The notes beneath the pieces are model-generated. The model was not told where the DNA came from, searched no databases, and saw only the letters and a program-made list of their open reading frames with translations. A program made the position numbers and the translations under genes. Positions 48,126-58,900 of a stretch of 64,000 bases of DNA are shown piece after piece. Source of the stretch: an uncultured Acidobacteriaceae bacterium (GTDB lineage: Bacteria; Acidobacteriota; Terriglobia; Bryobacterales; Bryobacteraceae). The number at the start of each line of letters is the position of its first letter. Position 1 is the stretch's first letter. The DNA is taken from assembly GCA_963803455.1 (NCBI GenBank), contig CAWDMK010000009.1, forward strand, positions 358 through 64,357. Reading direction: 5' to 3'.

Positions 48126-50739
48126 ATGCAAGTCGCCGGTTCCTCGCCGCCTCGCGCCCGCGAATCGGTCCCGAGAAAAAAGCTCCTCGTCCTTCTTTTC
48201 CTCTCCATTCTCGCCGTCGCTGCCTATCTTTTCCTCCGCCCCCCGACTGTACAACTGACCCTCCAAATCTCGTCATCGGCGCGCGCCACAGCTCAATTGC
48301 TGTATGACCTCGGCCATGGATACAACTTCACCGATTACCAGGTCTTTCAAGTCAACTCCACTTCCCTGAACTCCTTCGAGGAGCTCACCTTCGATCTGCC
48401 GCCCACTACGGTTTCCGCCCGCCGCTTCGTCCTCCTTCCGCCCCCGGCCCGCTTCAAAATTCGAGACATCACGATCCGCAACTCAGGCATCCCGCTTTTG
48501 CGCATCCCGCCAGAAGATGTGCTTCCACTGATCGAGACCGCGACCCGCATCCAGAGCGGCGATACGGTTCTATTCACTACCCGGCCCACCGCAACCTTTG
48601 CGAATCTCGATTTCAGATTTACAGCGCCCCTCCATCTCAAGCGACGTATCTTCTTCCAGAACGTCCGGCTGCTCCTCATCGCAACAGGCTTGCTATGCCT
48701 GGCAGCAATTCTCGTCTTGTGGCCGCCTCATCTGCTCGTCGCTCTGACGAGAGCCTTCGCGACCGCGATCGGCCGCATCGATTCCCGCTTCCGCCTCATA
48801 GCGCGCGGCCTCTCCTCGGCTGAATTTATTCAATTCGATTCCTACGCAATCTGGTTTTACGCTATCTGCCTGATGCTTTTTCTCGTCAGCAGTCTCGCTG
48901 ACTTAAATGGCTCGTCCCTCGCCGCATTTTATTCAGTCAATGGGCACGGAGCCGCGCAGAAGATTTGGCTCGGCGAGCCTCGCGTCACTCGCTCGGACGA
49001 ATGGGCATACGCTACTCCCGACATACTCAACCAATGCCTTCGCCCGGATCGATTCGAAGTGAAGACGTCGCCTCTCGGTGGCGACTCGATCGCGCTCCTC
49101 GGCAATATCCCGGTCCGCCATTTCACTGCCTTATTCAGGCCGCAATACTGGACCTTCTTTTTCCTGCGCCTCGACTACGCCTTTGCCGTGTATTGGCAAT
49201 GTAAGGCCCTCATCCTGCTCACGGGCCTGTTCACGTGGCTTTTGCTGATCACTCGTTCGACCTTTTGGGCCGCCACCGGCGCGCTATGGTACTTCTTCTC
49301 GCCATTCACTCAGTGGACGTACTCCTGGCCCACCGGCTTCCCCGAGATGGTGGGACTGGTTTGCTTCACCATGGTCTTCACCTGCTATCTCACCATCGGA
49401 AGGAACGAGCTCGCTCTGTTTTGCTGCGCCGTCCTCGCCTCTGCGTGCGCCATTAACTTCGCTCTCTGCGCCTATCTGCCGCACATGCTTACGCTCATCT
49501 GGCTCGCGCTGTTTTTTTGCATCGCATGGTTCATCGGCGCTCGCCGTCTGATCTTTACCCGCCAAATGCTCGGCCCCAGAGTGTTTGCGGCGACCGCTGC
49601 CGTGCTTCTCGTCGCAACCGTCGGACTCCTCGTTTTCTTCCAACTGCGTCCAGCGTTGCTCGCCATCGCCGGTACCAGCTATCCAGCCGCCCGTGTGTTC
49701 CCCCCTGCAAACACGTCGCCCTTGCTATTCGCATCTCATTTCATGCAGTGGACGGAAACCGAAAAACACTTTCCGCCGGCTTTAGGCAACATGTCGGAAG
49801 CCTCCGGATACCTGTGGATTGCACCCGCAGCCTTATTCTGCGTTCGACGGATGACCCTGACCCGTATTCAGAAATGGATCCTCGCATCTTTATGCGTCTT
49901 TTCCGCTCTCCTCTTAGCTTGGTGGCTTCTCCCCGTACCCGCAGTCATCGGCAGTATCTTTGCGCTGAATAGGATTGCTGCCTCACGCGGACTCACCGGT
50001 CTCGGACTCGCGAACGTGAGCATCGTCGTCCTCACCGCAGCTTCCCTGCGGCGGCCTTCTGCTCTCGCCTATTACGTCCTATGTGGCGCCCCTCGCCTGC
50101 CTTCTGATGTTCTTTTTCCTCCGGCATGCAAACCAGCAATTAGACTTCTTTTTCACTCCCGGCCAGGTCTTGTTTGCCACTTTTTTTACGGTCGCCCTGA
50201 TCATGCTGCTCGTAACCGGGCAGCGCCTCGCCTTGGCTCTTGCTCTTGTCGTCCCGCAAGCCCTTGTATTCGGTACCGTAAATCCCCTCGAGCGCGGATT
50301 ACACACTTTCACCGCATCTCCACTCTTTAAATTTGTTCGAGAGCGTCCTGATCTTTTGCAGGGTAAATGGATCGTGTTTTCTCCATCCGCGAGCACCTCC
50401 GGCTTTGTTGCGGCAACCGGCTGCGATGTCTACACCGGTATGCACTACGTCCCCGACATCCATCACTTCCCGCTCTTTGCCGCAAGCGGTATCGATCCTG
50501 CGGCTTTCAACAGGCTCGGGTATTTAAACGCTCATCCCATTTCAGCGCGCGAAAGGCCGAAGGTCGAATTTAATGCCCCCGTGCTTGAATGGAGCGTCAG
50601 CCCAACCGACCCCATCCTTCCCCGGCTCGGAATAAAGTATCTCGCTTTCGATGAGCCCCCACCGCCCGCACTCATTGCGAATCTCCTGCCGCTTTCGCCG
50701 CAACCGGTCGACGGCTTCTGGCTCTATCGCTTCCCTTGA
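48126..50739 (+). CDS. Large polytopic membrane protein of unknown function, frameshifted near 50075
   Basis: The start is 1 nt after the GT2-MTase stop. It has an N-terminal anchor, a soluble segment, then more than 10 TM helices. ORF 50083..50739 continues the reading frame. Confidence 0.6.
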
Positions 50740-50786
50740 ATCGTTATAGATTCCGCCCAAATCGCTATAATCAAATCCGAATACGT

Positions 50787-50863
50787 GCCGGTGTAGCTCA
50801 GGTGGTTAGAGCGACGGTCTCATAATCCGTAGGTCGCAGGTTCAACTCCTGCCGCCGGCACCA
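50787..50863 (+). tRNA. tRNA with CAU anticodon (Met; an Ile2/lysidine identity is not excluded)
   Basis: Cloverleaf: gccggtg ta gctc aggtggttaga gcga c ggtct cataa tccgt aggtc gcagg ttcaact cctgc cgccggc a cca. Confidence 0.9.
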
Positions 50864-50922
50864 CATCTCAGTTGTGATGAGTGGGGCAGACGATCGTTTT
50901 CTGTCGTCTGCCAACATCATCT

Positions 50923-51852
50923 CTATTGCTTCACAATCGCCGAATAGATCCGGTCAAGATCGTCTTGCGAATAGTATTCAATCTCGAGCCGCCCCGCCGA
51001 CCCCGATCTCGGAACCAGTCTGACTTTCGTCCCCAGCGCGGCTGACATCTCTTCGAGAGCGGCCCGCACATTCGGATCGGTGTTTTCTTCTTTCTTCAAG
51101 CCCTCGCGATCATGCGGCTGCGCTGCATCCTTTACTAACTTCTCCGTCGCCCGCACCGACAACTGGCCTGCGATGATTCTCCGGCACGCCTTGACCTGCG
51201 CCTCCGCATCCTCCAGGTTCAGAAGCGCTCGCGCATGCCCCACCGTAATCGTGCCGCGTTTCAATTCATTCAGCACGATCGGCGATAACTTCAGCAGCCG
51301 CAGAAAGTTCGTCACCGTCGAGCGATCCTTCCCCGTGCGCTCCGCAACCTGCTCATGGCTCAGTCCGTGCTCAGAGACGAGCCGCGCAAAAGCCGTCGCC
51401 GTCTCGACCGGATTCAGATCTTCGCGCTGCAGATTCTCAATCAACGCGAGCTCGAGCACTCGATCCTGCTCGACACTGCGCACAAGCGCCGGGATTTCCT
51501 TGAGCCCCGCCATGCGCGCCGCTCGCCAGCGCCGCTCTCCCGCAATCACGGTGTACGTTCCGTTCCCTTCCTTCCGCACCGTAATCGGCTGCAGCAGCCC
51601 ATGCGCCTGAATCGACTGCGCGAGTTCATGCAGCTTCTCCGCGTCAAACGTGTCTCGCGGCTGCTCCTCGTTCGGCCGCAGCTGCTCGAGCGAAATATTC
51701 TGGAAATTCTCGAAATGCTCCGGCAGTTCGCTGCGGCCTCGATCCACCGCCGCTGGCTCCGGGACGCTCGCAGTTTCTTCCCGCGGCGATAACAGGCTCG
51801 ATAAACCCTTACCCAGCGCTCTGCGCGGACTCCGGTCTGGCTCTCTGTTCAT
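50923..51852 (-). CDS. parB: Chromosome partitioning protein ParB
   Basis: GKGLSSLL, ParB box IAGERRWRAARMAG, an HTH and a C-terminal dimerisation region. Confidence 0.92.
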   Translation of the reverse strand: MNREPDRSPRRALGKGLSSLLSPREETASVPEPAAVDRGRSELPEHFENFQNISLEQLRPNEEQPRDTFDAEKLHELAQSIQAHGLLQPITVRKEGNGTYTVIAGERRWRAARMAGLKEIPALVRSVEQDRVLELALIENLQREDLNPVETATAFARLVSEHGLSHEQVAERTGKDRSTVTNFLRLLKLSPIVLNELKRGTITVGHARALLNLEDAEAQVKACRRIIAGQLSVRATEKLVKDAAQPHDREGLKKEENTDPNVRAALEEMSAALGTKVRLVPRSGSAGRLEIEYYSQDDLDRIYSAIVKQ

Positions 51853-52605
51853 GGGCCATGATTTCCTTTGCTAGTTGTATATAGCTTTCCGCGCCTCGAG
51901 AACGCGGATCGTACGCCAAAATCGTCTTCCCAAAACTCGGCGCTTCCGCCAGCCGGATGCTTCGCGGGATTACCGTCTCAAACACCTCGCGTCCGAAAAA
52001 CTCCCGCAAATCCGCCTCAACCTGCCGTGTCAGATTCGTCCGGTCGTCATACATCGTAAGCAAAACTCCCTCAATGCGCAGCCCGGGATTGAACGCTTTC
52101 CGCACACGGTCAATCGTGTCCATCAGCTGCGAAATTCCTTCCAGCGCGAAAAATTCGCACTGAATCGGAACCAGCACCGCATCCGAGGCGACCAGCGCGT
52201 TCAGAGTGAGTAGATCCAGAGCCGGCGGACAGTCGATCAACACGTAATCATACCCGTCCTTATCTGCGCAAGAGCATTCCGCAGCCGAGATTCCCTATTA
52301 TGTTGATCGACTAAGTCAAGATTGCTGGCGACCACGTTTTGATCTGAGGGAACGATGAAAAGTCCTTCATTATTTGTCGAGAGCGTGACGTCGGGAATGG
52401 AGGCCTGTTCAATCAGCACGTCATACAAGGTCTTACGATCCGGCGATTTCTGTACGCCGACCCCGCTCGTTGAATTGCCCTGAGGGTCCGAGTCGACAAG
52501 AAGAACTCTCAATTCCGAGGCGGCCAGCGCAGCAGCGAGATTTACAGCCGTCGTGGTCTTCCCCACCCCGCCCTTCTGGTTCGCTATGGAAATGACTCGT
52601 GCCAT
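51809..52605 (-). CDS. parA: Chromosome partitioning ATPase ParA/Soj, frameshifted near 52245
   Basis: [19 protein letters not shown]...(ORF 52237..52605) joins [20 protein letters not shown]... (ORF 51809..52243). Confidence 0.88.
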
Positions 52606-52609
52606 TGTT

Positions 52610-54465
52610 TCACGTGAAACGTTGTTCCAGACTCAAATACACGTCCAGAACCGCTATCGCGGCAGGCGTTACCCCGGGGATCCGCCCCGCCTGCCCCAAT
52701 GTCGTCGGTCGCACCCGGGAAAGCTTTTGCCTCACTTCCGTCGACAGCCCCGGAATCTGATCGTACTCCATCACAGCCGGAATCCGCCGACCCTCAGCCT
52801 CTTTCAACTGCTCCACTCGCCGATCCTGCTGAGCAATGTACCCCGTATACTTCGTCTCAGTCTCAATCGTAGCCAAAACCCCACGCGCTGGCGGCGACCC
52901 GATCTGGGCCGAGATCCAGGCCTCAAGTTGCGAAATCCGGGCTTCCGGTCTCCGCAGCCATTGCAAGAGGTCGGATTATCCGTCGCGGCCTGAAGCCCAG
53001 CCTCATTCGCCCGAACCCGGCCCAGCAACTCACCAATCCGCTTCTTTTGTTCCTTCTTCTTCAGAAACTCCGCCCAGCGGCGATCATCCACCAGCCCGGC
53101 TTCCCTCCCCACAGGCGTCAACCGCTCATCTGCGTTATCAATTCGCAGGTTCAGCCGGAACTCCGCCCGCGACGTAAACATCCGGTACGGCTCGTCTGCG
53201 CCTTTGTTGATCAAATCGTCAATCAGGATCCCCACATACCCGGTTTGCCGCCCCACAACAACCGGCTGCAACCCTTTCACCTTGAGCGCCGCATTCAGAC
53301 CCGCGAGCAACCCCTGGCACCCCGCCTCCTCATACCCGGAGGTCCCATTGATCTGACCCGCCAGGAACAAACCCCGAATCGATTTCACTTCAAGCGAATG
53401 CTCCAGCTCGCGCGGATCGACGGCATCGTACTCAATCGCATAACCGGGCCGGATCATCTCCGCGCTCTCAAGACCCGGAATCGATGCGATCATCGCGCTT
53501 TGTACGTCAATCGGCATGCTGGTCGACATGCCATTCACGTAAATCTCATGCGTGTCCAAACCCTCCGGCTCAAGAAAAATCTGGTGCCTCTTCTTGTCCG
53601 GAAACTTTACAATTTTGTCCTCAATTGACGGACAGTACCGCGGCCCGACGCCCTCAATTTGTCCACTATAAAGCGGGGATCGGGCTATGCTTTCACTTAG
53701 AATCCGGTGCGTCTCGTCCGTGGTATACGCCAAGTGACAGCAGACTTGTTCGCGGTCAATTCGCTCCGTCAGAAAAGAAAACGGAGTCGGAACCGGATCT
53801 CCGGGCTGCTTCTCGAACCGGGACCAGTCGATTGTCCGCCCGTCCAGACGAGGCGGGGTGCCCGTCTTTAAGCGCGTCCATGCCAAATCGAGAGTCCGAA
53901 GCTGCCCTCCCAACGTATTCGAAGGTGCCTCTCCGTTCCGGCCACACGCATACTTCTGTTCGCCGACATGCGCCAGTCCGTTCAGAAATGTCCCGGTCGT
54001 CACCACCAGCGCCCCAGCGGCCAGTTCGCGCCCGTCCTTTAAACGCACTCCCGACACTTTGCGGGGGAGTTCGTTTGGTAAAAACAGCAGTTCGGCGACT
54101 TCGGCCTGCAAAATTCGTAAATTCGGCTCATTTTCCAGCCACTCCCGCATCTTGATCCGGTACTGCTTCTTATCGCATTGCGCCCTGGGCGACCAAACCG
54201 CCGGACCCCGGCTCGTGTTCAGCAGCCGAAACTGGATCCCAACCGCATCCGTGAGCTCGCCCATGATGCCGCCCAACGCATCAATTTCGCGCACCAGGTG
54301 CCCCTTGGCAATTCCGCCAATCGCCGGGTTGCACGACATCTGTGCGATCAGGTCCAGGTTCATGGTGACCATGGCCGTGTTCAGCCCCAGTCGCGCCGAA
54401 GCGCGCGCTGCCTCACACCCCGCGTGCCCCGCGCCGATCACGATGACGTCATACTTCCGCTGCAT
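52610..54465 (-). CDS. mnmG: tRNA uridine 5-carboxymethylaminomethyl modification enzyme MnmG (GidA), frameshifted near 52965
   Basis: The start [20 protein letters not shown] is at 54465. The C-terminal [18 protein letters not shown]...[14 protein letters not shown] is in ORF 52610..52966. Confidence 0.9.
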
Positions 54466-54490
54466 ACCTTTATCGGTTATTCTAGCTTTC

Positions 54491-55687
54491 TTGAATGTTC
54501 TAGTCATCGGGGGCGGAGGACGCGAACACGCTCTCGTCTGGCGGCTCTCAAAATCGCCCTCAGTAAAGCGGCTCGTCGCTTCGCCGGGTAACCCCGGAAT
54601 CGCGCAGCTCGCAACCTGTGTTCCCGCACCGGCCGACATCTCTGGTTACCTCGATATCGCGCAAGCACACGATATCGATCTGACGATCATCGGACCCGAG
54701 GCTCCGCTGGTCGGCGGAGTTGTGGACGCTTTCCGGGCCCGAAATCTGAAAATCATTGGTCCCACACAAGCGGCGGCACGCCTGGAAGGCTCTAAACTCT
54801 TCGCCAAAAAGTTCTTTGCCAGAGCTGGAATACCCACGGCTCGCTCGGGCGACAGCCTCAGCGAGTTCTCCTATCCCGTTGTCATCAAAGCCGACGGCCT
54901 CGCGGCGGGCAAAGGCGTCGTGATCGCAAACAATGAATCGGAAGCCAAACACGCCATCGAACAATTCGGCCCCCGCGTCGTTATCGAAGAATTCCTCGAC
55001 GGCGAAGAGGTCAGCTTCATCGGCCTAAGCAACGGCGAGACGCTCATTCCGTTTGCTCCCACTCAGGATCACAAACGCATCTTCGACGGAGATCGCGGGC
55101 CGAACACCGGCGGCATGGGCGCCTACTGTGACAATCGGATTCTCACGCCGGAGCAGAGCGGGGAAGTCATGCAGCGCATCATGCTTCCCGCGATCACTCA
55201 AATGCGAAAAGAAGGCACGCCCTTCACTGGCTTTCTGTACGCCGGCCTCATGATGACTGCCGAGGGACCGAAAGTACTCGAATTCAATGTTCGTCTAGGC
55301 GACCCGGAGACCCAAGCGTTGATGCACAGCTTTGAAGGAGATTTCGCGGAAGTCCTGACTGCTGGAACCATGAATCCCGGATCCTGGGCACGTTGTTCCG
55401 TTTCGGTCGTTGTCGCGGCACAGGGATACCCCGGCGAAGCGCGGACGGGCGACATCACCACGGGTATCGAAGAAGCTGAAGCCACCGGAGCGACGGTCTT
55501 CCAAGCAGGGACAAAGCAGAGCGGCCGGCACCTGGTCACGAACGGAGGTCGCGTCCTCTCGGTCACCGCAAGCGCCGAAACGCTGCCTTCAGCCATCGCA
55601 GCAGCGTATCGCGCGGCCAAGAAAATTCACTTCGACGGAATGCAATACCGCACAGACATCGGACAAAAGGGCCTACGCCGCTGGTAG
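54491..55687 (+). CDS. purD: Phosphoribosylamine-glycine ligase PurD
   Basis: The TTG start gives [19 protein letters not shown], followed by ATP-grasp motifs. The 5' part of ORF 53858..55687 is antisense to mnmG. Confidence 0.88.
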   Translation: MNVLVIGGGGREHALVWRLSKSPSVKRLVASPGNPGIAQLATCVPAPADISGYLDIAQAHDIDLTIIGPEAPLVGGVVDAFRARNLKIIGPTQAAARLEGSKLFAKKFFARAGIPTARSGDSLSEFSYPVVIKADGLAAGKGVVIANNESEAKHAIEQFGPRVVIEEFLDGEEVSFIGLSNGETLIPFAPTQDHKRIFDGDRGPNTGGMGAYCDNRILTPEQSGEVMQRIMLPAITQMRKEGTPFTGFLYAGLMMTAEGPKVLEFNVRLGDPETQALMHSFEGDFAEVLTAGTMNPGSWARCSVSVVVAAQGYPGEARTGDITTGIEEAEATGATVFQAGTKQSGRHLVTNGGRVLSVTASAETLPSAIAAAYRAAKKIHFDGMQYRTDIGQKGLRRW

Positions 55688-55702
55688 ACTTCAAAACAGA
55701 GA

Positions 55703-55779
55703 GGGGACGTAGCTCAGATGGATAGAGCAGCCGCCTCCTAAGCGGCAGGTCGGCAGTTCGAATCTGCCCGTCCCTACCA
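55703..55779 (+). tRNA. tRNA-Arg (CCU)
   Basis: Cloverleaf: ggggacg ta gctc agatggata gagc a gccgc ctcctaa gcggc aggtc ggcag ttcgaat ctgcc cgtccct a cca. Confidence 0.92.
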
Positions 55780-55801
55780 CCCACCCTGCACAAAAAAATA
55801 C

Positions 55802-55829
55802 GGCTGATCGAGGGGAACCCCGATCAGCC
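55802..55829 (+). terminator. Hairpin downstream of tRNA-Arg (terminator-like)
   Basis: ggctgatc-gaggggaacccc-gatcagcc has an 8-bp outer stem. Only a weak T tract follows. Confidence 0.4.
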
Positions 55830-56058
55830 TACCTAAGTTTTGGGTTGGAGGAGAACTCTAGCGGTACCGGACCGCGCTCATAATTCTTACTGACGCCAGG
55901 GCCATCGCCTCGGGGGCCGCACATTGCGATCAGACAACTGCATGCGTCTATTAAATTTTCTTCAGTATGATCCTACTAGTCCGGCGTTGTCAACATGAAA
56001 ATTGGGGTTTGTAGCTGGAAATCGAAAGAACCACCCCGGCTGACGCACTTATTTCCTA

Positions 56059-58560
56059 GTGCGCCGAGAGCCTCTGTTAATCCCTGCTGCCGCCCTAAGT
56101 GCAGGAATCTTAATGGCGCATTTCGTGTATTTCAGGCTGTCCGACCTCTTTGTACCCGGCGCTTTCGGTCTCATGCTCGCCAGCATAGTACTCGCCCTTC
56201 CCGGAGCTCGGCGCATGCGTCTCGCGGTTGTCTGCATCCTTATGTCTGTAGCGGGAATTGGCGTGCAAGTCCTTCATCGTCAAGGAAGAACACCCCGGCT
56301 CAATGCCGACGATGCCGAAACGGTCCTGCTCTCCGGGTGCGTAACGAACCCGCCGGTATTCTCTCCCAATCGCGAGCAGTTCACGCTCGAGCTGGCGCCA
56401 AGAGCGTCAGCCCGCATCTCAGTCAACCTAAAGCCGAGTGAAAACCTGCCGCTCGTTTACGGCCAGCGCGTCGAAGTTGCCGCTAAGATTCGGTCACCCC
56501 GCAACTATCAAAACCCGGGCGCATTCGACCTGGTCACGTATCTTGCGAACCAGCACATCTATTGGAGCGGCTCCGTTTCGGGAGCAAGCGGCGTTCGGGT
56601 CGTGCCGGGCCGGTGCGGTTCGCGAGTCGTGGGGTGGCTCTACGCGGTTCGAACCTGCGCGCTGGGCAGACTAGCTCAGCTTTATCCCGACGATCTCCAC
56701 ACGCGCGGCCTTCTCCAAGCCACGTTGATCGGCGAAACGAGCGGGGTCGAACGGCGCTGGACAAACGACTTCCGCGTCACCAGCACCTATCACGCGATCG
56801 TCATCTCCGGCCTGCATATTTCAGTCCTCGCGATCAGCCTGTTGTGGCTGTTCCGGCTGCTTTGGCTCAGGCGGATACCCGGCCTGATCGCCGCGTCGGG
56901 TGCCTCCTGGCTGTACGCTTTCGTCTCGGGTTTCAACTCACCGGCCGTCCGCGCCGCAGCTGGCTTCACCTTGTTTATGGGGGCAAGCTTTTGCTTCCGA
57001 AAAACGCGAACTCTGAACCTGCTCGCCGCAATTGGCATTGTGTATCTGGTGCTCGATCCAGACCAGCTCTTTGACCCGAGCTTCCAACTTTCCTTCCTTT
57101 CCTGCGCCATTATCGGCGCGTTTGCGGTTCCCGCGATGGACCGCTTCACTCATCCACTCCGCGCCGCGCTGAAAAGATTCGATCAAGTCGCCTACGATCC
57201 GCAAGTGGAAGCGAGGGCTGCCCAGTGGCGCGTGGAACTGCGCCTACTGGCTGAAACGCTCCATGCATGGAGCGGCCTCCGGCTCCCCGCCGCGCGATTC
57301 CTCGTTTCGAAGGCATCCCTGTTGGCGGCATTCATCGCGGAAGTCGTGATCGTCTCGGCCTGCGTGCAATTCGGGCTGGCATTGCCCATGATCAGCTATT
57401 TCCACCGCCTTTCACTCACCGGGCTTTCGGCGAACATCATTGTGGTTCCACTGCTTTGCCTCGTCGTGCCATTCGGATTCGCGTCGATCCTCACGGGCTG
57501 GCATCCACTCGCGGTCGTAACCAGGCTCCTGTTGCAGTGGGCAGAGATCACCGCAGCTTGGCACGCACGGTTCGAGCCTGCCTGGCGAATGGCTGGCATC
57601 CCGGTTTCGATCGCGCTCGCCTTTGCGATATCGCTCGTGCTGCTGGGAATCGCGATCCGCCGTAACCGGGCATGGACACCGCCGGCTCTCGCTTGCTCTG
57701 TCGCTTTATTTATCCTGATCTGCTGGCAACCCTGGAAACCAGAGATCCGTCGAGGTGAACTCGAGGTGACCGCTATTGATGTGAGCCAAGGTGACAGCCT
57801 CCTGCTGGTATTTCCAGATGGCGAAACGATGCTAGTCGACGCCGGGGGTTTCCCCGGAATGGGCCGTATGACTCGAAAGCCCCAGCTTGATGTCGGCGAA
57901 GATGTTGTATCACCTTACTTATGGAGCCGCCGGATACGGCGCTTGGATTACGCCGTGTTGACTCACGGACACTCCGATCACATGGGCGGACTCGCTTCAG
58001 TTCTCGATAATTTCCGGCCTCGAGCGTTATGGGTTGGCGCAGAGCCGGAGACCGCGGAGTGGGAAACCGTTAAGCAGCATGCGGCAGCTGACCGCGTGCG
58101 TATCGTCGCGCTGAACCGCACCGCCGCGCCGATGACAATCGGCCGGGCTGAGGTGCGCGTTCTCGCCCCCTCCCCGGACTACGTTGCGGGCGAAGCGCCG
58201 CATAATAACGATTCGTTGGTGCTGCAGGTGACCTACGGCAAGCGCAGCGTGCTTCTTACCGGAGACGCAGAACGCCCCATCGAAGATGACATGCTCGCCG
58301 ATAACGAGCTGCACCGCGTCACACTTCTGAAAGTGGGGCACCACGGCAGCAAGACGTCTTCCTCAGAAGAATTCATCGACCAGGTGAGCCCCCAATTCGC
58401 GTTTATATCGGACGGATATAAGAACCAGTTCCATCATCCGAATCCCGCTGTATTGGACCGCTTGGCAGAACATCACGTCATCGTGTTCCGCACCGATCAG
58501 CGCGGACTGATCACGTTCCGTACGGATGGAGACAAGGTCGAGCTCGACCCATTCCGGTAG
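56059..58560 (+). CDS. comEC: DNA internalisation competence protein ComEC/Rec2
   Basis: Competence domain TYHAIVISGLHISVLA. C-terminal metallo-beta-lactamase IDVSQGDSLLL, VLTHGHSDHMGG, VGHHGS. Confidence 0.9.
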   Translation: MRREPLLIPAAALSAGILMAHFVYFRLSDLFVPGAFGLMLASIVLALPGARRMRLAVVCILMSVAGIGVQVLHRQGRTPRLNADDAETVLLSGCVTNPPVFSPNREQFTLELAPRASARISVNLKPSENLPLVYGQRVEVAAKIRSPRNYQNPGAFDLVTYLANQHIYWSGSVSGASGVRVVPGRCGSRVVGWLYAVRTCALGRLAQLYPDDLHTRGLLQATLIGETSGVERRWTNDFRVTSTYHAIVISGLHISVLAISLLWLFRLLWLRRIPGLIAASGASWLYAFVSGFNSPAVRAAAGFTLFMGASFCFRKTRTLNLLAAIGIVYLVLDPDQLFDPSFQLSFLSCAIIGAFAVPAMDRFTHPLRAALKRFDQVAYDPQVEARAAQWRVELRLLAETLHAWSGLRLPAARFLVSKASLLAAFIAEVVIVSACVQFGLALPMISYFHRLSLTGLSANIIVVPLLCLVVPFGFASILTGWHPLAVVTRLLLQWAEITAAWHARFEPAWRMAGIPVSIALAFAISLVLLGIAIRRNRAWTPPALACSVALFILICWQPWKPEIRRGELEVTAIDVSQGDSLLLVFPDGETMLVDAGGFPGMGRMTRKPQLDVGEDVVSPYLWSRRIRRLDYAVLTHGHSDHMGGLASVLDNFRPRALWVGAEPETAEWETVKQHAAADRVRIVALNRTAAPMTIGRAEVRVLAPSPDYVAGEAPHNNDSLVLQVTYGKRSVLLTGDAERPIEDDMLADNELHRVTLLKVGHHGSKTSSSEEFIDQVSPQFAFISDGYKNQFHHPNPAVLDRLAEHHVIVFRTDQRGLITFRTDGDKVELDPFR

Positions 58561-58609
58561 AAACGATTCATCCACTGCCGCCACAGCATAGAATGAAGGC
58601 TGAGGAATC

Positions 58610-58891
58610 ATGGCACGGGACCGTAGCATCGCTGTAATTTGGTTTATTGCGGGAATCGCCGCGGGTGCAGGCGCGGCACTGGTGTTAGCACCCGAAGCGG
58701 GCGAGAAGACAAGAAACATGATTGGCGAACAGGTCGAGCGCGGGCGCAAAACGATCCTCGACTCCGGTCGTGAACTTTACGAACACGGGCGCGAGATGTA
58801 CGAGCGTGGCCGCGAGATCGCCGAAGAGGCAGCAGATATGTTCGAGCGCGCCCGCAGCATCGCGGAAAAGAAGATCGACGAAAGAATTTGA
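58610..58891 (+). CDS. YtxH-domain protein
   Basis: N-terminal TM FIAGIAAGAGAALVLAPEAGEKTR followed by a charged helical repeat. Confidence 0.75.
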   Translation: MARDRSIAVIWFIAGIAAGAGAALVLAPEAGEKTRNMIGEQVERGRKTILDSGRELYEHGREMYERGREIAEEAADMFERARSIAEKKIDERI

Positions 58892-58900
58892 AATAGGCCT

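Noticed and set aside
53858-54490. 5' extension of the 609-aa ORF containing purD
   Set aside because: The first ~630 nt are antisense to mnmG and Ser/Pro/Arg-rich. The PurD homology begins at TTG 54491 ([13 protein letters not shown]).
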